Position numbers and translations under genes: made by a program. Below the pieces are notes generated by a model. It did no database searches, was not told the DNA's origin, and saw nothing but the letters and a program-made list of their open reading frames with translations. Of a stretch of DNA of 64,000 nucleotides, positions 14,731-26,420 are shown piece by piece. How positions within the stretch are numbered: the stretch's first letter is position 1; each line of letters begins with the position of its first letter. Source of the stretch: Octopus vulgaris (lineage: Eukaryota); the NCBI GenBank assembly GCA_951406725.2, contig OX597835.1, positions 46,562,001 through 46,626,000 on the forward strand, written 5' to 3'.

Positions 14731-15385
14731 CAAGGTCTGATCAATAAGTCTCCGGACTGTTGTCATAGTAACGAAGCTAAAGCATGCAGAGTCAAGCCAC
14801 TTGGTACACATTGACCTTGACCTCTGTTGTGTACGCGTACAAAGCTTTAATCTTCTAGCTCACTTCCACTGTTTACAGCAATGCTTGGAAGGAAGGTGTG
14901 TAGCGTGTGATCGTTGCATTGATCATGGCAGAGAAAGTTGTCATGGCAATACCTGCTCAGAGGCCAAAGCAAAGTTGCAGAAAGTGGATGGAGAGGAGTG
15001 TATGAGCGGTTCAGACGTTTCCAAGATGGCCGAAAAAGTGTCGACAGTGACGAAAGTTCTGGAGGAACTGCAACCAGCAGAACTAAGAAAAACAGCTGTG
15101 AGCGAAAATCGTCGAATCACCATCCGTGAGTTACGAGAGGATGTGCAGATTAGTTAGGATTCAGTTCAGTCCATTATCACTGAAGATTTGGGTATGAGAC
15201 GCGTGTCTGCCAAGTTTGTGCCAAAACTGCTTTCAGCTGACCAAAAGAACACTCGGGTTTCAATTGTACACAATCTCCTTGATTGTTTCGAGAACGATAA
15301 AAACTTTCTGAAAGCTTTGCGTAGGCCTCTGAGCAGGTGTGTCAAGCTTTTGGCAAAATTTGATGCAGATTCTCTGTGAGGTCCT
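14731..15385 (+). mobile_element. Mariner 5' fragment
   Basis: TIR-like caaggtctgatcaataagt after TA. Peptides ENRRITIREL and GMRRVSAKFVPKLLS (WVP-motif region). Ends with a short inverted piece of its own N-terminal coding region (15315-15385). Confidence 0.8.
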
Positions 15386-15807
15386 GTGCCCATATATGCA
15401 TATGTATATACATATATATCTAAGTATGTACATATATATATATACGCATATCTATATATTATTTATATCATTATATGATTGGACGCAACGCATCCATTTC
15501 CAAGTAAGTTTTATCTTAATAATTTCGATGCGACATTTATTCCATCGCTTTCTTTTTCTCTTTTCCTCTCCCATTTCGTTTCCTCTCTCTTCCTTTCTCT
15601 ATTTCCTTTTATCTCCCCTTCTCCCCCTTTCATTTTTCACTTTCGCATCCTTTGCTCTCTCGTTGCTCGCACGTGACCATCAGCCATTTTCTTTCCTTCC
15701 GAAAATCGCATGCTTGTTTGTCTCTTGTCAGAGCTTTTTCCTCCGTGTTCGTCAACTCACTTCGTTTAGGCTTAGCAGCCCTTCTTGTTTGTCTTCATTG
15801 TCCTGTT

Positions 15808-15993
15808 TTTCAGTTCTATATTTAAGATATGAGGAATTATATACATTAAGTACATTATTTACAATTGACGGATATTTGACCTCATCTTGTTTGTTGTTAA
15901 CACAACGTTTCGGCTGATACAACCCCCAGCCTTCATCAGGTGTCCTGGGGTAATTTCGAACCTGGGTTCTCATTCGTAAGGTATTTTTCGATG

Positions 15994-16056
<63 letters not shown>

Positions 16057-16156
16057 ATTATTATTATTATCATTATTATTATTCAGGACATATGGCGTAG
16101 TGGTTAAGAGCGCGGGCTGCTAACCCCAAGATTCCTAGTTCGATTCCAAGCAGTGG

Positions 16157-16241
<85 letters not shown>

Positions 16242-16362
16242 CATTGAAAATTATATCAGGGTTGAGAACCCAGGTTCGAAATTTCCCCAATACACCTGAT
16301 GAAAGCGTATATCAGCCGAAACGTTGTGTTAATAAAAAACAAGATGAGTACAAATATCATAC
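15808..16362. mobile_element. Fold-back element: tRNA-like head, (AAT)n, and hammerhead-bearing tail present in both orientations
   Basis: Arms at about 15865-15995 and 16241-16360 are reverse complements. A central tRNA-like unit at 16086-16160 has A box TGGCGTAGTGG and B box GTTCGATTC. Confidence 0.8.
15899..15944 (-). ncRNA. Minimal type I hammerhead ribozyme
   Basis: gacac CUGAUGA a GGCUG-gggguuguau-CAGCC GAAAC GUU guguu: intact core, 5-bp stems I and II, palindromic AACGUU stem III. Confidence 0.75.
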
Positions 16363-16584
16363 ATTAAGCAATTCAATAGTGAAAGACATTATCTATATTA
16401 TATAGAAAATCAATTAAACATACTATAACAAATATTATTCAACTGGTATCCTTCAATAAGATAATTTATGATATTACTTTTCATTAATATTTTATTCGAT
16501 TATTTATTGTTATGATGCGTATATTTCTATATTTATTTGTTAATTATTATATGTTAAGATACATACATTTATTTTATCATTTTA

Positions 16585-16697
16585 GACCTGAAGAGTGGCT
16601 ATATTTTAAATCGAATTAATTTTACATTGAATTAATTTTAATAGTATCGATTTTATTATTATCGATTTAAAGATATAGTCACGAAACGCGCGTAGTC
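16585..16697 (+). ncRNA. Type I hammerhead ribozyme with extended stem II
   Basis: gac CUGAAGA GUGGCUAUAUUUUAAAUCGA...UCGAUUUAAAGAUAUAGUCAC GAAAC GCGC GUA guc. Palindromic ACGCGCGU stem III; predicted cleavage after 16694. Confidence 0.8.
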
Positions 16698-16740
16698 AAT
16701 TTAATGTTTATTTAATTTATTGACTTTTTGAATAATAATA

Positions 16741-16878
16741 GGCACAGACGTGGCTGTGTGGTAATTTACTTGCTTACCAACCACATGGGCAAGTGTCTTC
16801 TTCCATAGCCTCGGGCCGACCAAAGCCTTGCGAATGGATTTGGCAGACGGAAACTGAAAGAAGCCTGTTGTATATATG

Positions 16879-16922
<44 letters not shown>

Positions 16923-17122
16923 TGTTATATATCTGTGTTTGTTCCCCCAACATCGCTTGACAACCGATGTTGGTGCATTTAGGTCCCCGTAACTTCGCGG
17001 TTCGGCAAAAGTGACCGATAGAATAATTACTAGGTTTACAAAGAATAAATCCTGGGATCGATTTGATTCGACTAAAAGGCGGTGATCCAGCATGGCCGCA
17101 GCCAAATGACAGAAACAAGTAA
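16741..17122 (+). mobile_element. SINE family A copy
   Basis: Homologous to 223-627. Confidence 0.85.
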
Positions 17123-17321
17123 AGAAAATAATATTTATTATAGTATATTTAAATTTTTTCTATATAATGTAGATAATATCTTTCACTATTGAATTGCTTA
17201 ATAGAGGTTATTTCTCTTAATTATATACATATATAATATATTGTGAAATTTGATTTAGAATTGGTAAATTGAACTTTTCCTTGCAAGTTTGGAATAATAT
17301 TCTCTACTATATATATATATA

Positions 17322-17840
17322 TCTTTATATATAAAAGTGAGGTTGTGTGCTGTCTGTCTCCTACGATTTAGATTCCTAACTACTCCCACATTTTGCGGTG
17401 CAGTTTAACCAAAACCAGGTATCTTATAGTCGTGATTCATATCGAGCCCTTCTGGGTATTAGCGCGCGTCTACGATGAGTCTACGATTTTAAAATAACTA
17501 TAAGTTATAAGGGAAATAACTACATAAGCATTTTTAGAGATGTAAAGTATAATAGCCATCTCAATATGGCTAACCACAAAGATGGGGGTACTGTAGCTTT
17601 TAGAGAGTTACTTCCCTTATATATGCCAAAAATGCATTAAAAAATGTGAAAAATTGATGGTAAATTTTTTTAAAATCGTAGACTCATCGTAGACGCGCGC
17701 TAATACCCAGAAGGGCTCGATATGAATCACGACTATAAGATACCCGGTTTTGGTTAAACTGCACCGCAAAATGTGGGAGTAGTTAGGAATCTAAATCGTA
17801 GGAGACAGACAGCACACAACCTCACTTTTATATATAAAGA
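17322..17840. mobile_element. Fold-back of two non-autonomous Helitron 5' ends
   Basis: Near-perfect inverted arms of about 173 bp (17322-17494 / 17668-17840), homologous to the 5' end of the Helitron at 62030-62423. Confidence 0.85.
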
Positions 17841-17919
17841 TTTTTAGTCTTATACGTGCGCACGCACATACACAAACTGACGTATATATTTCCCACTGTT
17901 AAAGCTGACCATGCATCTG

Positions 17920-18240
17920 CACTCACACTTGGGCAACATTACCTTTATTAGAAGAAATGGTCGTTACCCATACATGCAAGTCTACCCTCTGCTGCCCACC
18001 GATGTTTATACAAGGGAAAACCTACTGACTTTGGCCCATACGGCTTACCAGCAGTGTCGTCGTAGACAGTTGCTGTTGTTGCTTTCAGAACTGAAAAGGC
18101 AGGGAAGAGGTACCGCAAGGCATCTTGCCAGATTGCATTAATCGTCTCAACAATTCCTCACACGGGTATAATGCGCTACCCATGTATTTAAAGAGGTCGC
18201 TTTTTGTGACCTGCGCACCTCGCACGTGTGGCATTCCCCA
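17920..18240 (-). mobile_element. RTE-clade LINE fragment
   Basis: VTKSDLFKYMGS followed by LK...VY.....PYG, typical of the RTE post-RT region. Confidence 0.55.
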
Positions 18241-19279
18241 CGCTATGCCACAGCACATAATATCTTGTAAGACACAATTCTTTCTATCATAGACACAAGG
18301 CTTGAAATTTGGGAACAAACAAAGATCATTTACATCGACCCCAGTTTGCAACTGGTATTTATTTTATCGATCTCGGAAGGCTGAAGAGCAAAGTCGACTT
18401 CGGTGGAATTCGAACACAGAACGTGAAGGCGGACGAAATGCTTAACAGCATTTTGTCCTGAATGCTAGCGATTCTGTCAGCTCGCCGCCTTCTATATTCC
18501 AAAACAATTTAGATTTCAAATTTTGGCACAAGACCAGCAATTTCTGGAGAGGGGATAAGTCGATTACATCGACCCAAGATTTCACAGGAGTGAAAGGCAA
18601 AGGGATGAAAGAGCAAAGTCGAACTCAGCGTCATTTGAACTCAGAACGGAAAATTGGCAGAAATGCCGCTAAGCATTTCTTCCGGTACTGGAACGATTCT
18701 ACCAGTTCGCCATCTCTTCTAAGACATAATATTGGTTTGTCAAAATAAGGCACAACGAGGTGGTAAATACTTAGTGACATTTCGTCCCTCTTTACGTTCT
18801 GAGTTCAAGTGCCATTGACGTCAACTTTGACACCTGTCTTTTTGGGGCGATGCAATAAGTAACTGGTGAACATTGGGGTCGATGTAATGGACTTACCCCT
18901 CCCCCGCCGAAATTACTGTCCTTGTACCAAAATTTGGAGCCAATATTAAGTCATAATACCAACTCACTGGTGCCAAGCTGTATCGGCGCCTTTGCTTTTC
19001 TCTTGGATAACATCAGTGGCGTAAAGTGGTATGAATGGGAGACTGCTGGTCATCCATAAAACAAACTTGCCCAAACTTGTACCTCGGTGGGGGGGGGGGA
19101 CTTCCTAGGCGCGACCCCATGGTCATTCGTGACGAAAGGGGGTGTTTTACCCTCTTAACGTTTTACCAACTGAAAATATCTAGTTACGAATCATTCAATA
19201 ACAGCATATCTATGATTAAGCATGTTTTAATACATTGCTACGTTAATATTAGCGCCAACCTGACTGTCATGTTAAATAC

Positions 19280-19600
19280 TTTGCAGTGAACTTGGCACCG
19301 ACAAGTGATCTCTCGGTTGCCGCACGCGACGCTACAACGACAAACTGAAAGAGACGAGAAAGTGCACCAGCACCAACCCCAAATCTGGTGAGCAACGTGC
19401 AGAAGAACAGAACGACGTAGCCCACACTTATAACAGTGAAAAAAAGTTTGAAGAACATCGTCTAAGAAATGAAAGGGATAAACGGCTACGACGAAAAATC
19501 TGCTACCGACTCCAAACAAGACCACCCCGACTAGACAATTGTTCCACGTAAAAATCGGTCTGGCTACTCCTCTGAAGTACCGACACAAATGAAGAAGCAA
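19280..19600 (+). mobile_element. RTE LINE 3' remnant
   Basis: RRYNDKLKETRK resembles RYKD.LK..LK; FHVKIGLATPLKYRH is a decayed C-terminal zinc finger. Confidence 0.5.
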
Positions 19601-20779
19601 AAACGGAGAAAGAACTATTTCGAAATGGGGAGGAAGATTCGAAGACGAGTCTTTAGCATAAAGTTACAATAAGACGGCAAGCTAGCAGAATCGTTAGCAA
19701 GCCGGACGAAATGCTTGGCAGCATTTCGTCCGTCTTTACGTTCTTAGTCCAAATTCTGCCGAGGTCGACTTTGCCATTCCTCCTTTCGGGGTCGATGAAA
19801 TAAGTACCAGGGAAACACTGGGGTAATCTAATCGACTTATCTCCTCCTCCGAAAGTGCTGGACAAGGCCCGAAATTTTGAGGGAAATTTTGTGGGAAATT
19901 AGGGTTCGTCGATCATATTAACTAGTGCTTGTTTTATCGACCCAGAAATAATGAAAGTTCAAGTCGACCCCGACAACATTTGAACTGAGAATGTAAAGCA
20001 GGAAGAAAAGCTGCCAAACATTTTGTCCGGCGCGATAACCATTCAGCCAGCTCGCTGTCTGATTCACTGTAATGTTAAAACTGGTTTCAAGTTTTGACAC
20101 AAGACCAGCAATTCCAGGAGAGAGGTTAAGTCGATTGCATCGACCCCCACAGCTCAACTTGTACCCCTTTTATCGAACGCCAAAGGATGAACGGCTGAGT
20201 CTACGGAAGACCATCCCGGCTTAAGTGTAGACAAATGTTCCACGCAAAAATCGGTCTGGTTACTCGTCTGAAGTACAGACACAAATGAAAAAAGTACAAA
20301 TGAGGAAAGAACTATGTCGAAACGGGCAGAAGGATTCGAAAACGATTCTTTAATATAAAGTTGTAATAAGGCGGCGAACTAGCAGAATCGTTATTCTACG
20401 GAATTTGGACTTAAAACACAAGGACGGACTAAATGACGCTATGCATTTTGTTCGGCATTCTCGAGATTTTGCCAACTCGCCGCCTTTCTATAATGTTAAT
20501 ACTGACCTTTAATTTGATCAAATCGTCTTGCACATATATTAAACATATATATCCACAGAGCTGATTCATCCTGTTGGGATCAAGTGACGTGTGTGTGTGT
20601 GTGTGTGTGTGTAGATGAGGTGTCGGGGTTAGTCCGTAAGATAAGTATTACGAACGTAACATATTTACCATTGAAACATAGCAACACTAATGTGATTCTG
20701 TGTTTCCTGTCTCCACAAAAAGATAACATATTCTGACTTGTACAAATAATGCATCTTTGATATTTGTCCTCAGATGCCT

Positions 20780-21076
20780 TCATTGTTGTTGCTGTTGTTA
20801 TTGTTGTTTTTGGTGTTGTTGTCAATGTGGCTATCGTTGTTTTTGTTGTTACAGTTTCTGTTGCTATTGTTGTTCATGTGGTTGCTACAGCTGTTGTTAT
20901 TGCTGTTGTTGTTATAACTTCTTGTGCTATTGGTGTAGCTGTTGTTGTTGCTGTTGTTGCTAAGACGTTGCTATTGCTGTACTTTTGGTGTTGATGTTGT
21001 TGAGATAAGTATCAGTGCTTTGGCCGTTGCTGTTCTTGCTGCTGCTGCTGCTGTTGTTATTGATGATGATGATGAT

Positions 21077-21107
<31 letters not shown>

Positions 21108-21280
21108 ATGATGATGACGACGACGACGACGATGATGATGATGATGATGATGATGATGACGACGACGATGACGACGATGATGACGACGAGGATGATGATG
21201 ATTATGATGATAATGATGATGATGATGACGACGACGATGACGACGACGAGGATGATGATGATGACGACGATGATGATGAT
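20780..21280. repeat. Compound (GTT/GCT)n and (GAT/GAC)n trinucleotide repeat
   Basis: Direct inspection. Confidence 0.9.
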
Positions 21281-22809
21281 GTAAAAGTTCTTATCGAACA
21301 GACTTATGATCAAAAGTATTTTACTCAAGTCAATCCTTTTTTCCATTTTCTTTACAGTCATCGTTTACCTCTGAGTACATTTTCTCATGTGCCCTTCCCA
21401 TTGTTCCAAAAACAATAGAATGTGATTAAGCTAAATTTAGCTGCTTTTTCAACCATTACAAGTGATAATATAGAAACTACTTTGGCGGCGGAAGGGATTA
21501 TTGTTAATCCAAATGGCGGAGCTTCTATATTTTTCTTAATCTCAACTTTGTTCATCGATTAGCCGCTCTACAATCGATTCGGATTAACCATTAAGTAAAA
21601 TAAACACACATTTAAAACAAAAGCGTAAAGGAACACCAAAACGTTTCTCTAATGCGAGACTTAACATAGTAAAAATGACCCGGCTAAACCGGGACCCTGT
21701 AAAATCTATAGAAAATTCCTAATTTTTCCTGTTACCCTAAATATAAGTAAGAATTTTGATTATATTAATTCGTAAGGCCGCGAACTGGCAGAATTCATAT
21801 GAAGCCGGACAAAACGCTTAGCGTTATTGCGGATATTTTTACGTTCTATGTTCAAATTTCGCCGAGGTCAACTTAGCCTTTCATGCTTTGAGGGTCAATG
21901 TGATCAGAATTACTGGCTTTGTGCCAAAATAAGAAAGAATTATATTAATTCGTTGGGGCACAAACAGAACAGCTGGAATTTAAACAATAACGTATCTATA
22001 CATTCTTAATATCTGCTGGCAGATTCAAAAATGAATATTGATCGCTGTTGTTTTACGTATTCACGTGACCCTTCTACTAATCCAAAAACAAAAGGGAGAT
22101 TTTACGGCTTTTCCTGCCCCCAACACAAGCGACAATATAGACACTCCTTTCTATGTATTCTTATTAATCCAAATGGCTAATTATCTACATTGTTAAACGT
22201 TATTGTTTCGCTTCTTGCTGTTCTGCACGGTCCCCACGGATTAATTTCTTTGTTGCTCTGATTCTTAAAAATAAGAGCTTGAACTCTCTTGTGGGATCCT
22301 TCATTCCGATGGGGTTGCTTTGAATGAGGAGACACAACGAGGCCGAAACACAGGAGTATCGAAGTCCCCTTACACTGATGAAACGCTGAATCACGTGTTA
22401 TGAACGCATCGCCCAAAGGGAGGTGTCCTCCGGTGATTATTGATTATTGATTATATTGATTACTGTTATTTAATGGAACCACACATGTTCAGTTGTTAGA
22501 TTAACTAATTTACCAGGTTCATTTAGTCAGCTTGTATATGGTTGAGTATTCCACAGACGCGTGTATTCTTAATGGGTGGTTCCTATGTAGAAAAAGACTA
22601 ATAACTGTTCCAAGTTTCGTTGCTCTACTGCTATGGGAAGTGGGTCAGGGGCATTACTTATTGAACGCCCCTCGTAAGTTCAGCAACAATTTAGATTCAA
22701 ATGAATATGGTACTTAATTTAGATGCACCAGAATTTTGTATGGTGTAATCCATAAAAATTTGCGGTGTGATTATAATCAAAAATAAGCAACAAGAATGAC
22801 TTCGGTAAT

Positions 22810-22895
22810 TTGGTACAATTGTTTCGCACTACATCATTTTATTAAAAGTTGTAAGTATTACAGCAGATTTAAGATGCTGAGTGCTCATCAGCCAA
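22810..22895 (-). ncRNA. Type I hammerhead ribozyme
   Basis: Reverse complement of 23676-23761, core intact. Confidence 0.8.
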
Positions 22896-23675
22896 TTATA
22901 TAGGTTTTCCAATAATACAAAAGCTTTCAAATCAAGTAGTAACATTATAGAGAAGGTAGATATACAGATAAAGATGTAGATTTAAACTTTAAGAACATAT
23001 GAGGTTGTGAAGTCCAGCCACTGACTGACCAAGCTATGGCTGTATCTAACTGCTATAAGATTAGAAGTAATAAAGATTTTTTAGTTGTAGGAATGGGGTG
23101 AGGGAGGTTTCAGAATACCATAAAAAGAATTCAAGTTACCACTAACAAAATGCCAATTACTGCTATTTGGTGAGAAGAACTAGGTCAATGTCAAATGGTC
23201 ATTAATCCCTTTTACAGAGAGTAGGGGAAAACTATCACTTATTATTATGAGTAGGCATAGTATCTTATAACTGAGGGAAAGCTTTATTAATTTTAAACTA
23301 GATTAGATTTAGAAAAAATTCCAATTTCCAGTTTACAGTGAAGTTTTTTTTAGTCGTCTATGAAAGTTAAATTGAAGGCTAGTATAGTATATTTCTTATT
23401 ATTATTATAATAAAAAGTTAAAATTTGAAAAATATAGGAATACTCACAATTTTTATTTAAAGTATTTAAACGTTCGGGTTGTGGAATGTATGCAAGATAA
23501 TCCCAACTCCAGACGATTATTCAACAGATTTATGTTACTCTGATGTCCAGTGGCTGGACTTCACAACCACATATGTTCTTAAAATTTAAATCTACATCTT
23601 TATCTGAATATCTACCTTCTCTATAATGTTACTACTTGATTTGAAAGCTTTTGTATTATTGGAAAACCTATATAA

Positions 23676-23761
23676 TTGGCTGATGAGCACTCAGTATCTT
23701 AAATCTGCTGTAATACTTACAACTTTTAATAAAATGATGTAGTGCGAAACAATTGTACCAA
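23676..23761 (+). ncRNA. Type I hammerhead ribozyme
   Basis: uugg CUGAUGA GCACU-(49 nt)-AGUGC GAAAC AAUU GUA ccaa. Fully canonical core, palindromic ACAAUUGU stem III; predicted cleavage after 23757. Confidence 0.82.
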
Positions 23762-23837
23762 ATTACCGGAGTCATTCTTGTAGCTTATTTTTGATATATA
23801 TATATAATTTCAGCAAAATTTATATTCAGGTGATTAT

Positions 23838-24667
23838 GGTACTTAAGTTAAAGGCACCAGAATTTGGTATGGTATTATCCATATAAATCCAATGGGGTGA
23901 TTATAATCATAATAAGCAACAAGGATATCTAAGGTAGTGTAGAATAATCGTTTCATGCTACTTCATTTTATTAAACAATGCAAGTATTATATCAGTTTTA
24001 AAATGTCGAGCAATCTTCAGCCACATATAGAATTTTTTAATTAAATAAACAATGTACATGTTTATACTTATCTCATTTGCCAACATTACAAAGAAGGTAG
24101 ATATATAGACAGAGAGGTTAATTTCACCATTAAGAACATGGTAGTAGAATGTCCCTTCTCCATCTGTAGATTCTTTATCACTAAGTTCACTTTGTTATTT
24201 AGATCTATCAGTGGGGAGGCTGTTTCTTTTCTTGGTTCAATGGAGACAAACAAGAATTTTTTCTATTTATAGATAGAGGAAGGGGTAGTACAAATGTCAA
24301 AGCCATAAATCCATCCTCATTTTGAGGAATTTAACTTAGGCATATTTGGATGTATTTTAGCAAAAGTTAGTCGGCTATAACAAAGTGAACTCAGTGATAA
24401 CGAATCTACAGGTGGAGAAGGGACATTCTACTACCATGTTCTTAATGATGAAATTAACCTCTCTGTCTATATATCTACCCTCTTTGTAATGTTGGCAAAT
24501 GAAATAAATATAAAAATGTAAATTGTCCATTTAATTAAAAAATTCTATATGTGGCTGAAGATTGCTCGACATTTTAAAACTGATGTAATACTTGCATTGT
24601 TTAATAAAATGAAGTAGCATGAAACGATTGTACTACACGACCTTAGATACCCTTGTTGCTTATTATG

Positions 24668-24673
<6 letters not shown>
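23838..24673. mobile_element. Penelope-like fold-back insertion 2 (297-bp inverted arms), diverged relative of insertion 1
   Basis: Arms 23902-24198 and 24377-24673. The left end ggtacttaa..gcaccagaattt is shared with 22709; the right end runs into (TA)n. Confidence 0.8.
24550..24637 (+). ncRNA. Type I hammerhead ribozyme (U-U at base of stem II)
   Basis: ugugg CUGAAGA uUGCU...AGCAu GAAAC GAUU GUA cuaca. A more decayed antisense copy lies at about 23938-24026. Confidence 0.65.
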
Positions 24674-24706
<33 letters not shown>

Positions 24707-24819
24707 AAGAATTTACAAATACATACATTTATTTTCCTTAAGCCTTATCAAAGTGCTAATTGGTTGAGCTGCATAAAGTGGATATCTATATCACTTATTT
24801 CTTCATTATATATATACCT

Positions 24820-25365
24820 GAATGAGACAAAAAGTAATGCCATTTTGTTAAGGACAGTTATAATTACCAACACAGGAACATGTATCATACATCAAAATGA
24901 AGCTGGTCCTCTGTGAACCACATCCCTACTTCTCAACATAGTCACCCTTTCTCTTAATAGCAGTGTCCCACCTTCGAATGAGAGCATGTATCCCTGCCCC
25001 GTAAAATTCTGTTAACTGTTCTTTGAGCCACTTCTTCACTACAGTATTTACTTCCTCGTCTCTAGACTGCCATCTCTTCAGCCCCATGAAAGAGGGTTTG
25101 AGAGGCAAACATTATTCCAGTTACGAGGAAGTGAAAACTATAGTGAAGAAGTGGCTCGAATAACAGTCGACAGAATTTTACGGGACAGGGATACATGCTC
25201 TCATTCGAAGGTGGAACATTGCTATTGAGAGAAACCGTGACTATGTTCAGAAGTAGGGATGTGATCCACAGAGGACCAGCTTCACTTTGATGTATGATAC
25301 ATGTTCCTGTGTTGGTAATTATACCTGTCCTAAACAAAATGGCATTACTTTTTGACTCACCCTCC
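24820..25365. mobile_element. Mariner-derived fold-back made of two transposase 3' ends
   Basis: Inverted arms each encode ..EEV.T.VKKWL..Q.TEFYG.GIHALIRRW..AI.R..DYV.K*, followed by the TIR. Confidence 0.85.
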
Positions 25366-25376
25366 TTCACATATAT

Positions 25377-25485
<109 letters not shown>

Positions 25486-25614
25486 ATTATTATTATTACA
25501 GTACAATAATATTCCAGCAAAAATTGGTACCTTGTTGTGCCACTATTTCCTATTTATATGTTTGTATACCTCTGTGTGTGTGTGTATGCATATATATGTG
25601 TGTGTATACATATG

Positions 25615-25666
<52 letters not shown>

Positions 25667-25909
25667 ATCAAACAAGAAAGCACAAAAAAACACAACAACG
25701 CGAGGACGTGGAACAAATAAAGTATTATTGGACGCTCAGGAAAGAAGGAAAGAAGGAGGGTTTAACGTTTCGAGCGGAGCTCTTCATCGGAAACATAGGA
25801 GAAGGAAGGATCCAGAGAAGGGAAGACAGAGGAAAAAAATCGCCAACGGTATACACGAGGTCACATTTTGTTATATATACACACACACATATACACACAC
25901 ATATATATA

Positions 25910-26420
25910 CCGTAAATCCTCGGGTATAATCCGCATTTTTTCCCAAAATTTAATGGTCAAAATCCCTAGTGCGTATTATGCACGAGGTTAAAAATGAAAA
26001 TTATTTTCTAAGCAATGTGCGAGTCTCTATTTGCTGTTCGGCAATGTTTATTCAGACGCATTTTGTTATGTTGGGCGCAAAAATACCTTAAGCTAAGCTT
26101 GAAAGCAATGAAGTCATAAAAGAATCATCCATAACTTGCAGTAAGCAACATTTATTAAAATAAAAGTATTCAGAATAACATGTAACAAAAACAATTTGCA
26201 AACATATTTACATTCCCATATAACAGTTAAGAACATCACCATTATTGTATTACGCATACGCGGAAGTGTTTGTTCGACTAGGTACTGCTGGCTTAATTAC
26301 GTACGTCTCAAATTAGAGGAGTACGTATTATACACAAGGTTTAGGTTTTTCAGAAGTACAGCCCCCTAAAAATCCCCTGCGTATTATACTCAAGGGCGGG
26401 TTATACTCGAGGATTAACGG
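25910..26420. mobile_element. pogo/Tc1-type MITE nested in the fold-back spacer
   Basis: TIR ccgtaaatcctcgggtataa / ttatactcgaggattaacgg with TA TSD. Confidence 0.8.

Larger units (their letters stand above)
16363..17310 (+). mobile_element. AT-rich Penelope-like derivative carrying a hammerhead, interrupted by a SINE
   Basis: Inverted repeat 16363-16407 / 17156-17201. Its tail (17230-17310) is homologous to the reverse complement of 43745-43820. Confidence 0.6.
22709..23795. mobile_element. Penelope-like fold-back insertion 1 (248-bp inverted arms, hammerhead in each)
   Basis: Arms 22776-23023 and 23548-23795; the right end runs into a short (TA)n. Confidence 0.8.

Noticed and set aside
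16086-16160. Possible tRNA-Ser(GCT) gene
   Set aside because: Acceptor and anticodon stems pair poorly, there is no long variable arm, the sister copy at 49695 has a different anticodon, and it is embedded in a repeat. Treated as a SINE head.
20942-21418. Poly-Asp ORF, and the acidic or His-rich ORFs at 40856-41571
   Set aside because: Trinucleotide (GAT/ATC)n tracts open in multiple frames on both strands; no flanking coding context.
22318-22360. Hammerhead-like tgaatgag...gccgaaac
   Set aside because: No CUGANGA core, no stem II pairing and no NUH/stem I complement.
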